Origin: a phage | Reading direction: 5' to 3' (one strand) | Assembly (NCBI GenBank): GCA_012747475.1 | Contig: GCA_012747475.1_3928.1 | DNA length: 64,000 nucleotides | Shown here: positions 14,560 to 29,357 of the stretch, in pieces | How the letters are laid out: each line of letters starts with the position of its first letter | Position numbering within the stretch: position 1 is the first letter of the stretch | Translations under genes and position numbers: made by a program | The notes under the pieces: generated by a model | What the model was told of the DNA's origin: nothing | Databases searched by the model: none | Seen by the model: the letters and a program-made list of their open reading frames with translations, nothing else

Positions 14560-15666
14560 ATGTTGACTAATTCTGAAAAAAGCAGATTTTTCCTTGCTGA
14601 CCTGACTGGTGAAGTCCAGTCTATCCCAAATACTTATGGGTATATTTCCAACTTAGGTCTGTTCCGTTCAGCACCAATCACCCAAACTACTTTCCTTATG
14701 GACTTGACTGATTGGGATGTTAGCTTGCTTGATGCGGTAGACCGCGATAGCCGTAAAGCAGAGACTAGCGCACCTGAGCGTGTTCGTCAAATCAGCTTCC
14801 CAATGATGTACTTCAAAGAAGTTGAAAGTATTACTCCTGATGAGATTCAGGGTGTACGTCAGCCAGGCACTGCAAACGAACTGACTACTGAAGCTGTAGT
14901 ACGTGCTAAGAAGCTGATGAAGATTCGTACCAAGTTCGATATTACTCGTGAGTTCCTGTTCATGCAAGCTCTGAAGGGTAAAGTTGTTGATGCTCGTGGT
15001 ACTCTGTACGCTGACCTGTACAAGCAGTTCGACGTTGAGAAGAAGACTGTTTACTTCGACCTTGACAACCCTAATGCTGACATTGACGCTGCTATTGAAG
15101 AACTGCGTATGCACATGGAAGACGAAGCTAAGACTGGCACTGTAATCAACGGTGAAGAAATTCACGTAGTTGTTGACCGCTTATTCTTCAGCAAACTGGT
15201 TAAACACCCTAAGATTCGTGACGCTTATCTTGCACAGCAGACTCCGCTGGCTTGGCAACAGATTACTGGTTCTCTGAGAACTGGTGGTACTGACGGCGTT
15301 CAGGCTCACATGAACACTTTCTACTACGGTGGTGTTAAGTTTGTCCAGTACAACGGTAAGTTCAAAGACAAGCGTGGTAAGGTTCACACTCTGGTGAGCA
15401 TTGATAGTGTAGCAGCAACTGTTGGTGTAGGTCATGCTTTCCCTAACGTTTCTATGCTGGGTGAAGCTAACAACATCTTCGAAGTGGCATATGGTCCATG
15501 TCCTAAGATGGGTTATGCAAATACACTTGGTCAGGAACTGTACGTATTCGAATACGAAAAAGACCGTGACGAAGGTATTGACTTTGAAGCTCACTCTTAC
15601 ATGCTGCCATACTGCACACGTCCTCAGTTGCTGGTAGACGTTCGTTCTGACGCTAAACCAGACTAA
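14560..15666 (+). CDS. major capsid protein (putative, gpE-like)
   Basis: 368 aa; position after protease and decoration genes; GGAG SD. Confidence 0.65.
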   Translation: MLTNSEKSRFFLADLTGEVQSIPNTYGYISNLGLFRSAPITQTTFLMDLTDWDVSLLDAVDRDSRKAETSAPERVRQISFPMMYFKEVESITPDEIQGVRQPGTANELTTEAVVRAKKLMKIRTKFDITREFLFMQALKGKVVDARGTLYADLYKQFDVEKKTVYFDLDNPNADIDAAIEELRMHMEDEAKTGTVINGEEIHVVVDRLFFSKLVKHPKIRDAYLAQQTPLAWQQITGSLRTGGTDGVQAHMNTFYYGGVKFVQYNGKFKDKRGKVHTLVSIDSVAATVGVGHAFPNVSMLGEANNIFEVAYGPCPKMGYANTLGQELYVFEYEKDRDEGIDFEAHSYMLPYCTRPQLLVDVRSDAKPD

Positions 15667-15687
15667 TATTCTTAAGGAGGGTTATGA

Positions 15688-16137
15688 ATGTGCTATACAG
15701 GCGACCCAGCCAATAACCCTCTTGATAGAGTAAGAATCCTCTGCACAGACACCAATAATGATGAAATTCTTATTGAGCAGTCTGTGCTAGAGTGGTTCTA
15801 TCTAGAATCTGGAAAGGATGAAAAGAAAGCAGCCATCAAAGCTCTTAAATATTTACTCTTTCAAGTAGCCAAGATGGGAGATGAGAAGGTTGGTGGTGTT
15901 TATTTACGTAACTCTTCCAGATTCAAATCTCTGAAAGCTGTTTATGACGACCTTGTTAAAAGCTCTGTTTCAGGACTACCCTATGCAGGTGGTATTAATC
16001 AGTGCGACATTGATATGCGTCGTCAGAATCCTTGCTCTGTCAAGAAATACACAGAATATGGTGATGCTGCCAGATACGAAGGCAGAGATTACTGCAACCG
16101 TGTTAATGGCGTATTTATTATCGAGCGAGATGAATAA
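15688..16137 (+). CDS. hypothetical protein (head completion/connector region)
   Basis: ORF track; gene order. Confidence 0.5.
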   Translation: MCYTGDPANNPLDRVRILCTDTNNDEILIEQSVLEWFYLESGKDEKKAAIKALKYLLFQVAKMGDEKVGGVYLRNSSRFKSLKAVYDDLVKSSVSGLPYAGGINQCDIDMRRQNPCSVKKYTEYGDAARYEGRDYCNRVNGVFIIERDE

Positions 16138-16619
16138 TGGTTAAAAGGGTTATTCACCCCGCTAGAGCAAAATTAGTCGGGGCTATGAAGAACTTGCAAA
16201 CGGCTAATGCTCAAGTTGGGTATTTTCAAGAACAAGGTCAACATAGCTCTGGTTTTTCTTATCCTGCTTTAATGTATTTACAAGAAGTTATTGGGGTTCC
16301 TTCAGCTTCTGGTAAAGTATATCGTAGGTTGTTTGAAATCACTATGATGCTAAACAAACAGACCTTGTTAGAGCAGACTAAGAAGAATCTATATAAGCAA
16401 CTTAGCAGTCTCAACACAGACCCTTCAAATACCTTAGAAGCATTTGCAAAGAATGCTCAAAAGGCAATTAAAAGAGGTTTTGGTAATTCTGCTATACTCC
16501 CTCCTAACGCACCTTCCACAGTCAAGAAAAAAGGCTTTAATGCACCTCTTGTTGAGACAGGTGACTTAAGGGATAACCTTGCTTATAAAATTTCTACTAA
16601 GAAGGGTATTGAGAAATGA
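16137..16619 (+). CDS. hypothetical protein (head-tail joining region)
   Basis: ORF track; coupled start. Confidence 0.5.
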   Translation: MVKRVIHPARAKLVGAMKNLQTANAQVGYFQEQGQHSSGFSYPALMYLQEVIGVPSASGKVYRRLFEITMMLNKQTLLEQTKKNLYKQLSSLNTDPSNTLEAFAKNAQKAIKRGFGNSAILPPNAPSTVKKKGFNAPLVETGDLRDNLAYKISTKKGIEK

Positions 16620-17017
16620 GACTCTTAAACAGACACAGCTTTGTAGTAAAGCGTAAAGTCTCTGAAGACGGTTATTACAATGATGATGGTGATTGGGTAG
16701 CTTCACAAGATATTGTAGAGGTTAACTGTAAAGGTAATATCCAGCCATATATCAAAGGTTCTGTAAAGAATGGTACACAGATTGCTTTACCGGAAGGTAT
16801 CAGGCTTACCGATACAAGAATCCTGTATACTACATATAAACTTAGAACTTCAGATGATGTAGAGTGGAATGAGTCTGACATTGTTATGATTGATGGTCAT
16901 GAGTATGAAGTATTTATGACTATGGATTGGTCACAGCAATTAGCCCATACGTCCCATTATGAATATATCATTATTAGAAGGGATAAAATGAATGCAGTTA
17001 GAAACAGCAGAACTTGA
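16616..17017 (+). CDS. hypothetical protein
   Basis: ORF track; overlapping start. Confidence 0.5.
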   Translation: MRLLNRHSFVVKRKVSEDGYYNDDGDWVASQDIVEVNCKGNIQPYIKGSVKNGTQIALPEGIRLTDTRILYTTYKLRTSDDVEWNESDIVMIDGHEYEVFMTMDWSQQLAHTSHYEYIIIRRDKMNAVRNSRT

Positions 17018-17591
17018 AAAAGGTCTAGTTAGAACCTTAGTGGATGTTATTGGTCACAGACTAGCTCGTGATAAAAATAATAGACCAAACGTAATTAGAG
17101 CTTACCCTTCTGATAACTCAAATGACAAAGGTTTAAAACCTGACCAGCCATTTATTACCGTATATTGTCAAGATGCTGCAACACCTTATGGTTGGGTTCT
17201 TGATAAGTTTGTTGAGGATGATGTAGTTTGCTACAGAATTGCTTTTCAGATTCCTGTACTAATTACGGTGAATGGTAAAGGTGCTCACAGTATTATGCTT
17301 GAGCTTAAACAACGATTAGAGATGAGTTCAGTCAGAGATTTAATTCTTGAAGAGACAGGAGCTACAGTTCTAGACACTGGAGCTATCCCAAATGACTACA
17401 CTTATCTTAATACAGATTTCGAAAATTCTGCACCTCTTGTTGTAACTCTTGTAAAAAATTCAGTCCTGAAAGATGAACGTGGAAGTATTATTGAGCGTGT
17501 CATTGTTGATGGTGAATTAGTTTACGAAGAAGGACAAGAGCCACCAGAATATACTATCCATCTAGATGTAGACTCCAAAGGGGTAAAATAA
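16992..17591 (+). CDS. hypothetical protein
   Basis: ORF track. Confidence 0.5.
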   Translation: MQLETAELEKGLVRTLVDVIGHRLARDKNNRPNVIRAYPSDNSNDKGLKPDQPFITVYCQDAATPYGWVLDKFVEDDVVCYRIAFQIPVLITVNGKGAHSIMLELKQRLEMSSVRDLILEETGATVLDTGAIPNDYTYLNTDFENSAPLVVTLVKNSVLKDERGSIIERVIVDGELVYEEGQEPPEYTIHLDVDSKGVK

Positions 17592-18944
17592 ATGTGGAAT
17601 CCAATTGTTAATGTAGATATTACATTGAACACCGCAGGAACTACAAGAGAAGGTTTTGGGCTGCCACTATTTTTAGCTTCAACAGATAACTTTGAAGAAA
17701 GAGTCCGTGGTTACACTTCCTTAACTGAAGTTGCTGAAGATTTCGATGAAAACTCTGCTGCATATAAGGCTGCTAAACAACTTTGGAGTCAGACTCCTAA
17801 AGTAACTCAGCTTTATATTGGTAGACGTGCTATGCAGTACACTGTATCAATTCCTGATGAGGTTACTGAGAGCACCGACTATTCTTTAACTGTAGCTGTG
17901 AGCGGTGGAGTTTCTCAGCCATTCCAGTACACTTCACAGTCAGAAGATACTGCTGAGAAGGTGCTACAGCAGCTTAAAACTCAGATTGAAGCAGAACCTT
18001 CTGTAAAAGACCTTGTTACTGTCAATGTAACTGGTGCTGGCGGTTCAGCAACAATGGTAATCACCAAAGCTGGTGACAATGACTTCGTGAAGGTTACCAC
18101 TACAGCACAAACAGTGTCAATTGCAAGTACAACTGCTGACACAGCATCGACTGCTCTGGCAGCTATTGAGGCTTATTCAACTGACTGGTATTTCATTGCA
18201 GCAGAAGATAGAACTCAACAGTTTGTCTTAGCAATGGCTTCTGAGATTCAAGCTCGTAAGAAGATTTTCTTTACAGCTAACTCTGATGTAACAGCCCTAC
18301 AAGGTACAGAATTAGCTAGTGCAAATGATGTTCCAGCACAGCTTGCTAAGAGCCAGTACACTCGTACCGTTTGCTTGTGGCATCACACAGCGGCAGAAGA
18401 CTATCCAGAAATGGCATACATTGCTTATGGTGCTCCGTATGATGCAGGTTCAATTGCTTGGGGTAACGCACAGTTAACTGGTGTAGCTGCTTCTCTACAG
18501 CCATCTAATCAGAGACCTCTGACAAGTATTCAGAAGTCAGCTTTAGATGCACGTCACTGTAACTTTATTGACCTTGATGGTGGTGTTCCAGTGGTTCGTA
18601 GAGGGATTACTTCTGGTGGGGAATGGATTGATATTATCCGTGGTGTTGACTGGTTAGAATCAGACCTGAAAACTTCTCTGAGAGACTTGCTAATTAATCA
18701 GAAGGGTGGTAAGATTACTTATGATGATACTGGTATTACCCGTATTCGTCAAGTCATTGAAACCTCTCTGCAAAGAGCAGTCAACAGAAACTTCCTGTCA
18801 TCTTACACAGTTAATGTTCCTAAAGCCTCTCAAGTTGCTTTAGCAGACAAGAAAGCTCGTATCCTGAAAGACGTTACCTTCTCAGGTATCTTAGCAGGGG
18901 CTATCTTGGATGTTGACTTGAAAGGTACAGTGGCTTACGAATAA
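17592..18944 (+). CDS. tail sheath protein (putative)
   Basis: 450 aa, followed by a ~150-aa tube-like gene, chaperone pair and tape measure: contractile-tail gene order. Confidence 0.5.
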   Translation: MWNPIVNVDITLNTAGTTREGFGLPLFLASTDNFEERVRGYTSLTEVAEDFDENSAAYKAAKQLWSQTPKVTQLYIGRRAMQYTVSIPDEVTESTDYSLTVAVSGGVSQPFQYTSQSEDTAEKVLQQLKTQIEAEPSVKDLVTVNVTGAGGSATMVITKAGDNDFVKVTTTAQTVSIASTTADTASTALAAIEAYSTDWYFIAAEDRTQQFVLAMASEIQARKKIFFTANSDVTALQGTELASANDVPAQLAKSQYTRTVCLWHHTAAEDYPEMAYIAYGAPYDAGSIAWGNAQLTGVAASLQPSNQRPLTSIQKSALDARHCNFIDLDGGVPVVRRGITSGGEWIDIIRGVDWLESDLKTSLRDLLINQKGGKITYDDTGITRIRQVIETSLQRAVNRNFLSSYTVNVPKASQVALADKKARILKDVTFSGILAGAILDVDLKGTVAYE

Positions 18945-18959
18945 TAGAGGTAAATTGGA

Positions 18960-19406
18960 ATGGCTATGTATCAGCAATATTCCCCTAAAGACGTTGTGTG
19001 TAGCTGGAATGGTATTGCCATTGAAGGCTTTGCCCCAGACTCATTCTTACGTCTACAGAGAACATCACCACTTGTGACACCAGTTGTAGGTGCGGGTGGT
19101 CAAGTTGCTCTGACAAGAAATGCAGACAAGACAGGTACTATTGAGATTGAGCTAATGCAGACTTCTCTCTCTAACCAGATGCTTTCTGCAATTCAAGCTA
19201 AACAAGACAATATGGAACTTGAAGAAGATATCTCTTCTAACTTCGTAATCTACGACCCATCAGGCTCTGTTCTGGCAACTGGTATTAATGCTTGGTTGCA
19301 GGAATTACCGCAGATTGAACTTGGTCGTGACCAGAACTCTAAAACTTGGATTTTTGGTTGTGAGAAGCTAGACTACACTTCTACAATTCCAGCGTCAAGT
19401 GTTTAA
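18960..19406 (+). CDS. tail tube protein (putative)
   Basis: 148 aa following sheath-like gene; terminator directly downstream. Confidence 0.5.
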   Translation: MAMYQQYSPKDVVCSWNGIAIEGFAPDSFLRLQRTSPLVTPVVGAGGQVALTRNADKTGTIEIELMQTSLSNQMLSAIQAKQDNMELEEDISSNFVIYDPSGSVLATGINAWLQELPQIELGRDQNSKTWIFGCEKLDYTSTIPASSV

Positions 19407-19418
19407 TAAATCCTATAA

Positions 19419-19450
19419 GGGGGAGACTTTAAAAGGTCTTCCCCTTTTTT
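19419..19450 (+). terminator. rho-independent terminator
   Basis: 9-bp stem GGGGGAGAC/GTCTTCCCC followed by TTTTTT. Confidence 0.6.
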
Positions 19451-19479
19451 GTTTCTTTTAAAAGTATTAAGGAATCACA

Positions 19480-19878
19480 ATGAAAACAGAATCTAGAGTA
19501 ATTAATGGTAAGAAAGTAAATATCGTTCTGCTTGGGGCAAGAGATGGTATTAAGATGTCTATGAAGTTGGGTAAAATTGTTGTTCCAACCTTTGCACAGA
19601 TGCTGTCAAGTCTGACTGATAAAGACAAGAAAGAAGCTCCAATGGTTCCATTTAAAGAACTTGTTGAAGCTTGTTTTGACAGAATTGAAGAAATTAACCT
19701 TGAAGAAATGGCTACATTACTATTTCAAGGGGCAACTGTCGATGACTTCCCACTTAATATTGATACGTACTTCCAAGCAAACTACGGTGAGTTTATTGAT
19801 TACTTAGCATTTGCGCTGGAGGCAAACTTCGGAAGTTTTTTCGAAGCAAGCATTTTCAAAAGCCTAACTTCTCAGTAA
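19480..19878 (+). CDS. tail assembly chaperone (putative)
   Basis: 132 aa immediately upstream of tape measure gene; contains slippery heptamer near its 3' end. Confidence 0.5.
   Translation: MKTESRVINGKKVNIVLLGARDGIKMSMKLGKIVVPTFAQMLSSLTDKDKKEAPMVPFKELVEACFDRIEEINLEEMATLLFQGATVDDFPLNIDTYFQANYGEFIDYLAFALEANFGSFFEASIFKSLTSQ
19836..19842 (+). other. candidate -1 programmed frameshift site T_TTT_TTC
   Basis: X_XXY_YYZ heptamer in the zero frame of ORF 19480..19878; the -1 frame is open from here into ORF 19881..20120. Confidence 0.45.
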
Positions 19879-19880
19879 AC

Positions 19881-20119
19881 ATGGGTAACACTCTACAGAC
19901 ACCACTAACTGATGCTGCTGTAGAGGCAACCTATGAAGAAGCAGACGAGATGAAATTTGTGCTTGCTATTTATGGTATGGAAGGGTGTAAAGAAACACTT
20001 GACCAACTCTTTGCTATGACATTCTCTGATTTATTATCATTGAGACAATTTCTTGAGATTCAGAGGTCGTATAAAGAGGAAATTGCTTACAACGAACTTA
20101 GAAGAGCAGGAAAAATGTA

Positions 20120-20120
<1 letters not shown>
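19881..20120 (+). CDS. tail assembly chaperone frameshift extension (putative)
   Basis: 79-aa ORF in the -1 frame relative to 19480..19878, no strong SD of its own, directly upstream of tape measure. Confidence 0.45.
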
Positions 20121-25504
<5,384 letters not shown>

Positions 25505-25505
<1 letters not shown>

Positions 25506-26974
25506 TGGCAGGATTAACTACAACAGGATTACAAACTCTAAGATATCAGGAAATTTTTGATAATATCAAATCAAGACTTCTTAGAGATATTTCACCAAAC
25601 CTTGACGTTTCTGAAGATAGCCAATTAGGTCTCTTCCTAGCTTCAATTGCAAGGTCTTTAGCAGATACACATGAGATTCTATCAGAAATCTATGACGGCG
25701 GGACAATTGACAAGGCTGAAGGATTTAACCTTGATGATATCACAGCTTTGAATGCTGTATACAGATATGTTGCTCAGGCAACAAGGGGTCAGGTTGAGTT
25801 CACTGGAACAACTGGTGCTACCATCTCTTCAACAACAAGATTGAGAAGTACTGCTGGAAATATCTTTTATCCAGTTAACAATATTACCCTTACCCCATCA
25901 TATTGTGTTGAAGCTGTTCTTGAAGTTAACTCTTTACGAACTGATGCAGATTATGTTATTATTATTGATAACGTTATTTTCTCATATAAACCAACCTCAT
26001 CAGACACAATTACCACACTACTAACTAAATTAGCAGAGGCTATTAATGGTGGTATTGTAGCAAAAGCAGAAGTTATCAATGATGGAGCCTCATTAAGAGT
26101 CTATAAAGATGAGGGTGATATTATTGCAAGAACAAACCCTATGGTTGTTACTGCGACAACGTTTCTGACATTTACAAAGATTACAACTATCTCAGATGTA
26201 GTAGCTGAAGAGGTTGGTGCTATTCCTGCTTTAGCTGGGACTCTTATTGAGATTGAAACCACTGTTGATGGCCTTGACAGCATCTATAACAGGTATGACT
26301 TAACAACTGGTAGAAACGAAGAAACTGACACAGAACTTAGACAGAGGTATTTAGAATCCTTAGCAGTTACTGGTGTAGGGACTTTGGATGCAATTGTAGC
26401 TGCTGTTAAAAGGGTTCAAGGTGTCTCAGATGCTTCAGGTGTTGAAAATGATACTGAAGAGACGAACTCAGAAGGTCTTCCACCAAAATCTTTTAAGATT
26501 GTCGTAGTCGGTGGTCAAAATGATAATGTTGCTCAAGCAATCTGGGATACAAAACCTGCTGGTATTAGAGCTTACGGCTCAATTTTTGGTACAGCCCATG
26601 ATTTAGGTGGTTTAGCACATAATATTTATTTTAGCAGACCAACACCAAAATACGCATTTGTTAAAGTCTCTTACTCTTTATATGACGAAGAGAGCTTGAC
26701 AATCCCTGAAGAGGATATCAGAGACAGTATTGTACAAGGTATTAATGCCTACGGAAGAACTCTTAAGGTTGGTAATGACGTTATCCCTAACAGAATCTAC
26801 GGATATATCTATGATGTAATTAAAGGTATTGAGATTAATGAGGTGAAAGTAGCATTATCAAACAGCCAATCAGTTCCACCTAGTGACGGACAATATACTA
26901 CAGCAAGAATTACTGTTGACGGTGACCAATATACTGTTTGGGAAAGTAGCCAGTATACCATCACTAAGGAGTAA
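25505..26974 (+). CDS. baseplate protein J-like (putative)
   Basis: 489 aa; position after W-like gene. Confidence 0.5.
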
Positions 26975-26976
26975 TA

Positions 26977-27831
26977 ATGTTTGAAAAGATTGATAGTGTT
27001 TATTATAAAACACTTGATGAAAGGACTGTAACACAGTTTAAAGATAAATTTATCTATACAAGTATCTTGAAAGCAATCACTGATGAGCTACAAACATTAG
27101 AGGATGTTTGCTGGCAGATGCACACAGAGAGAAATATCAGGACGTCAGTAGGCCAACAACTTGATAATATTGGCTCACTGATTAAAGTTCCTAGACCTTT
27201 AGGTGCAGATGATGAAACATATAGAGCTATGCTTTATATCCAAATCTTCCTAAGACGCTCTGACACCACCCCAACATTCTTGCAAAAAGCAATTATGACA
27301 CTATATGGTGCAACTTTCTCTCAGATTTTTGAGCATATTACTCCTAAGACTGGTGGTATCGTTATCCGTATCAACACTAGAAAAAGCGTTCTAGATGCTG
27401 CATATACGCTGTCAAAGATTTCTGCAACAACTACTGGCTCCGCTGTTATCTTAAGAGATGTTACTTTAAATGGGACTGCTTGGACACCTGTAGAGGTTGC
27501 TGATTCATCACTTGCTATTGTTGATGATAAAGAGAACTGGTTTGTAACTGATGCTAACAGAGGTCTTGTCACAAATAATACTGGTGGCTCTCTGGAGTCC
27601 AACTTAGTAGGTAGTCTTACAGATGCTGGTGTTATTGATGGTTACTTTAGGGTTGACAGAACAGCAAACTCACAGAGTGATGATTATATGACTGTAGATA
27701 GGTCCAATAATAGTGGCTATTTCATCGTTGGTAAAGAAGCTATTGCAGGTGGTGCATATGGAATCATGGCTGAGGTTGCACAAATTGTCAAAGGCAGAAA
27801 AGATAAATCACAACAAGAAGGAAATTCTTAA
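26977..27831 (+). CDS. baseplate/tail protein (gpI-like, putative)
   Basis: ORF track. Confidence 0.5.
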   Translation: MFEKIDSVYYKTLDERTVTQFKDKFIYTSILKAITDELQTLEDVCWQMHTERNIRTSVGQQLDNIGSLIKVPRPLGADDETYRAMLYIQIFLRRSDTTPTFLQKAIMTLYGATFSQIFEHITPKTGGIVIRINTRKSVLDAAYTLSKISATTTGSAVILRDVTLNGTAWTPVEVADSSLAIVDDKENWFVTDANRGLVTNNTGGSLESNLVGSLTDAGVIDGYFRVDRTANSQSDDYMTVDRSNNSGYFIVGKEAIAGGAYGIMAEVAQIVKGRKDKSQQEGNS

Positions 27832-28133
27832 TGGCAGTTTTAAATTGGTCTACAAATGAAGTAGATACTGATGGTAACCAGTTAAAAGTTTTACCACCAC
27901 CGGAAGTTCAAGAGACAGGTCTTTTAAAGGGTGAACCTATGGGTAGACAGTGGTTCAACTATATTATCAACTACCTGCTGAATAAAGTAAATGGCACTGT
28001 TGGTGAAGTTCGTTCATATGCAACTGAGCAACCAGATTTAGTAGCTAATGGCTGGAATCTCATTAAGTCTGAGACAGGGACTGCATCAACAAGTACAAGA
28101 AACCTTTACACATATGAATATGTAGGAGCTTAA
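27831..28133 (+). CDS. hypothetical tail-associated protein
   Basis: ORF track. Confidence 0.5.
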   Translation: MAVLNWSTNEVDTDGNQLKVLPPPEVQETGLLKGEPMGRQWFNYIINYLLNKVNGTVGEVRSYATEQPDLVANGWNLIKSETGTASTSTRNLYTYEYVGA

Positions 28134-28135
28134 TA

Positions 28136-29311
28136 ATGGCAGTAGGTGAAATTCAAATTAGTGCCTTGCCACAAGCGGCCTTACCAATTGATTTGAGTGA
28201 TATCTTCCATCTTAAGCAAGGTGTTGAGGATAAAAGATGTACGCTTGAACAGTTGTTAGCACCTCACGCATCTTTGAGGAATAACCCTCATGGTGTAACG
28301 AAATCGCAAGTAGGTCTTGATAATGTTATTAACTCTCTTCAATTAGTTGCAGCTAATAACTTGTCAGACATTGTAAATGTTGCTGAGGCAAGAGCAAATC
28401 TACAAATTATGTCGTCAGAGGAAGTGAATAACTTAATTCAGCAACATATTGACGACAAAAGTAACCCACATAACACAACGAAAGCACAGGTCGGTTTAAG
28501 TAATGTTCAGAACTGGACAACATCTAATCTGTACAATGAAGATGCTGATAAGTACGCTACCGCGAAAGCAGTTAATAATTTATACAAAGCTATCCAAGCA
28601 TCATATCCAGTGGGGACTATTCATCTGTCTGTTAACTCTGCTAACCCATCCACTTACTTGCTTTGTGGAGGTACTTGGGAGTTAGTTTCTAAAGGTAGAG
28701 CACTAGTTGGTTATGATACAGATTCCAGACCTGTTGGTTCAACGTTTGGTTCTCAGACTGTAGCATTAACAAATAATAATTTACCAGCACATACTCACTC
28801 TATCTATCTAACAGGTGGTGGTCATACACACTCTGCAAGTGTATCTATCTCTAGTTTTGATTATGGTTCAAAAAGTACATCAACTTTTGATTACGGTACA
28901 AAAACGACTAATAGTGCTGGTGCTCACACTCACACGTTTAGTGGCACAACAAGTAATGCTGGTAACCACAACCATAGAGTTCCTATGAGGGGTAATGATA
29001 GGGGTGGCACAAACGCTATTACTGCATCTGCTGATGCTGGTGTTGGTAATGCTATGTATACTGATTTAGCTGGTGCTCACACCCATAGCTTCTCAGGTAC
29101 AACTGCATCATCTGGTGCTCATAGCCATACTGTCGCAATTGGTGCTCACAGCCACACTGTTAATATTGGTTCGCACAGTCATACAGGCACTGTTACTGTT
29201 TCTAGCTCTGAGCATACACACTCAGGGACATCTGGTTCTGTTGGTGGTGGTCAAGCTTTCAGTGTTGAGCAGCCATCTTTTGTAGTGTATGTGTGGCAGA
29301 GAACAGCTTAA
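28136..29311 (+). CDS. tail fiber protein with His-rich HxH repeat tip
   Basis: C-terminal AHTHS, GAHSHTV, GSHSHTG, SEHTHSG repeats and shared ending ...AFSV...WQRTA. Confidence 0.7.
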   Translation: MAVGEIQISALPQAALPIDLSDIFHLKQGVEDKRCTLEQLLAPHASLRNNPHGVTKSQVGLDNVINSLQLVAANNLSDIVNVAEARANLQIMSSEEVNNLIQQHIDDKSNPHNTTKAQVGLSNVQNWTTSNLYNEDADKYATAKAVNNLYKAIQASYPVGTIHLSVNSANPSTYLLCGGTWELVSKGRALVGYDTDSRPVGSTFGSQTVALTNNNLPAHTHSIYLTGGGHTHSASVSISSFDYGSKSTSTFDYGTKTTNSAGAHTHTFSGTTSNAGNHNHRVPMRGNDRGGTNAITASADAGVGNAMYTDLAGAHTHSFSGTTASSGAHSHTVAIGAHSHTVNIGSHSHTGTVTVSSSEHTHSGTSGSVGGGQAFSVEQPSFVVYVWQRTA

Positions 29312-29320
29312 TTTCTTTAC

Positions 29321-29341
29321 AGGGGCTTTATAGCCCCTTTT
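29321..29341 (+). terminator. rho-independent terminator
   Basis: AGGGGCT-TTAT-AGCCCCT followed by TTTT. Confidence 0.5.
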
Positions 29342-29357
29342 AAGAGGAAAATTCATA

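Noticed and set aside
13720-15594. Long antisense ORFs within the protease/scaffold and capsid genes (13720..14160 -, 14668..15165 -, 15181..15594 -)
   Set aside because: Lie antisense within strongly supported structural genes; typical frame artefacts.
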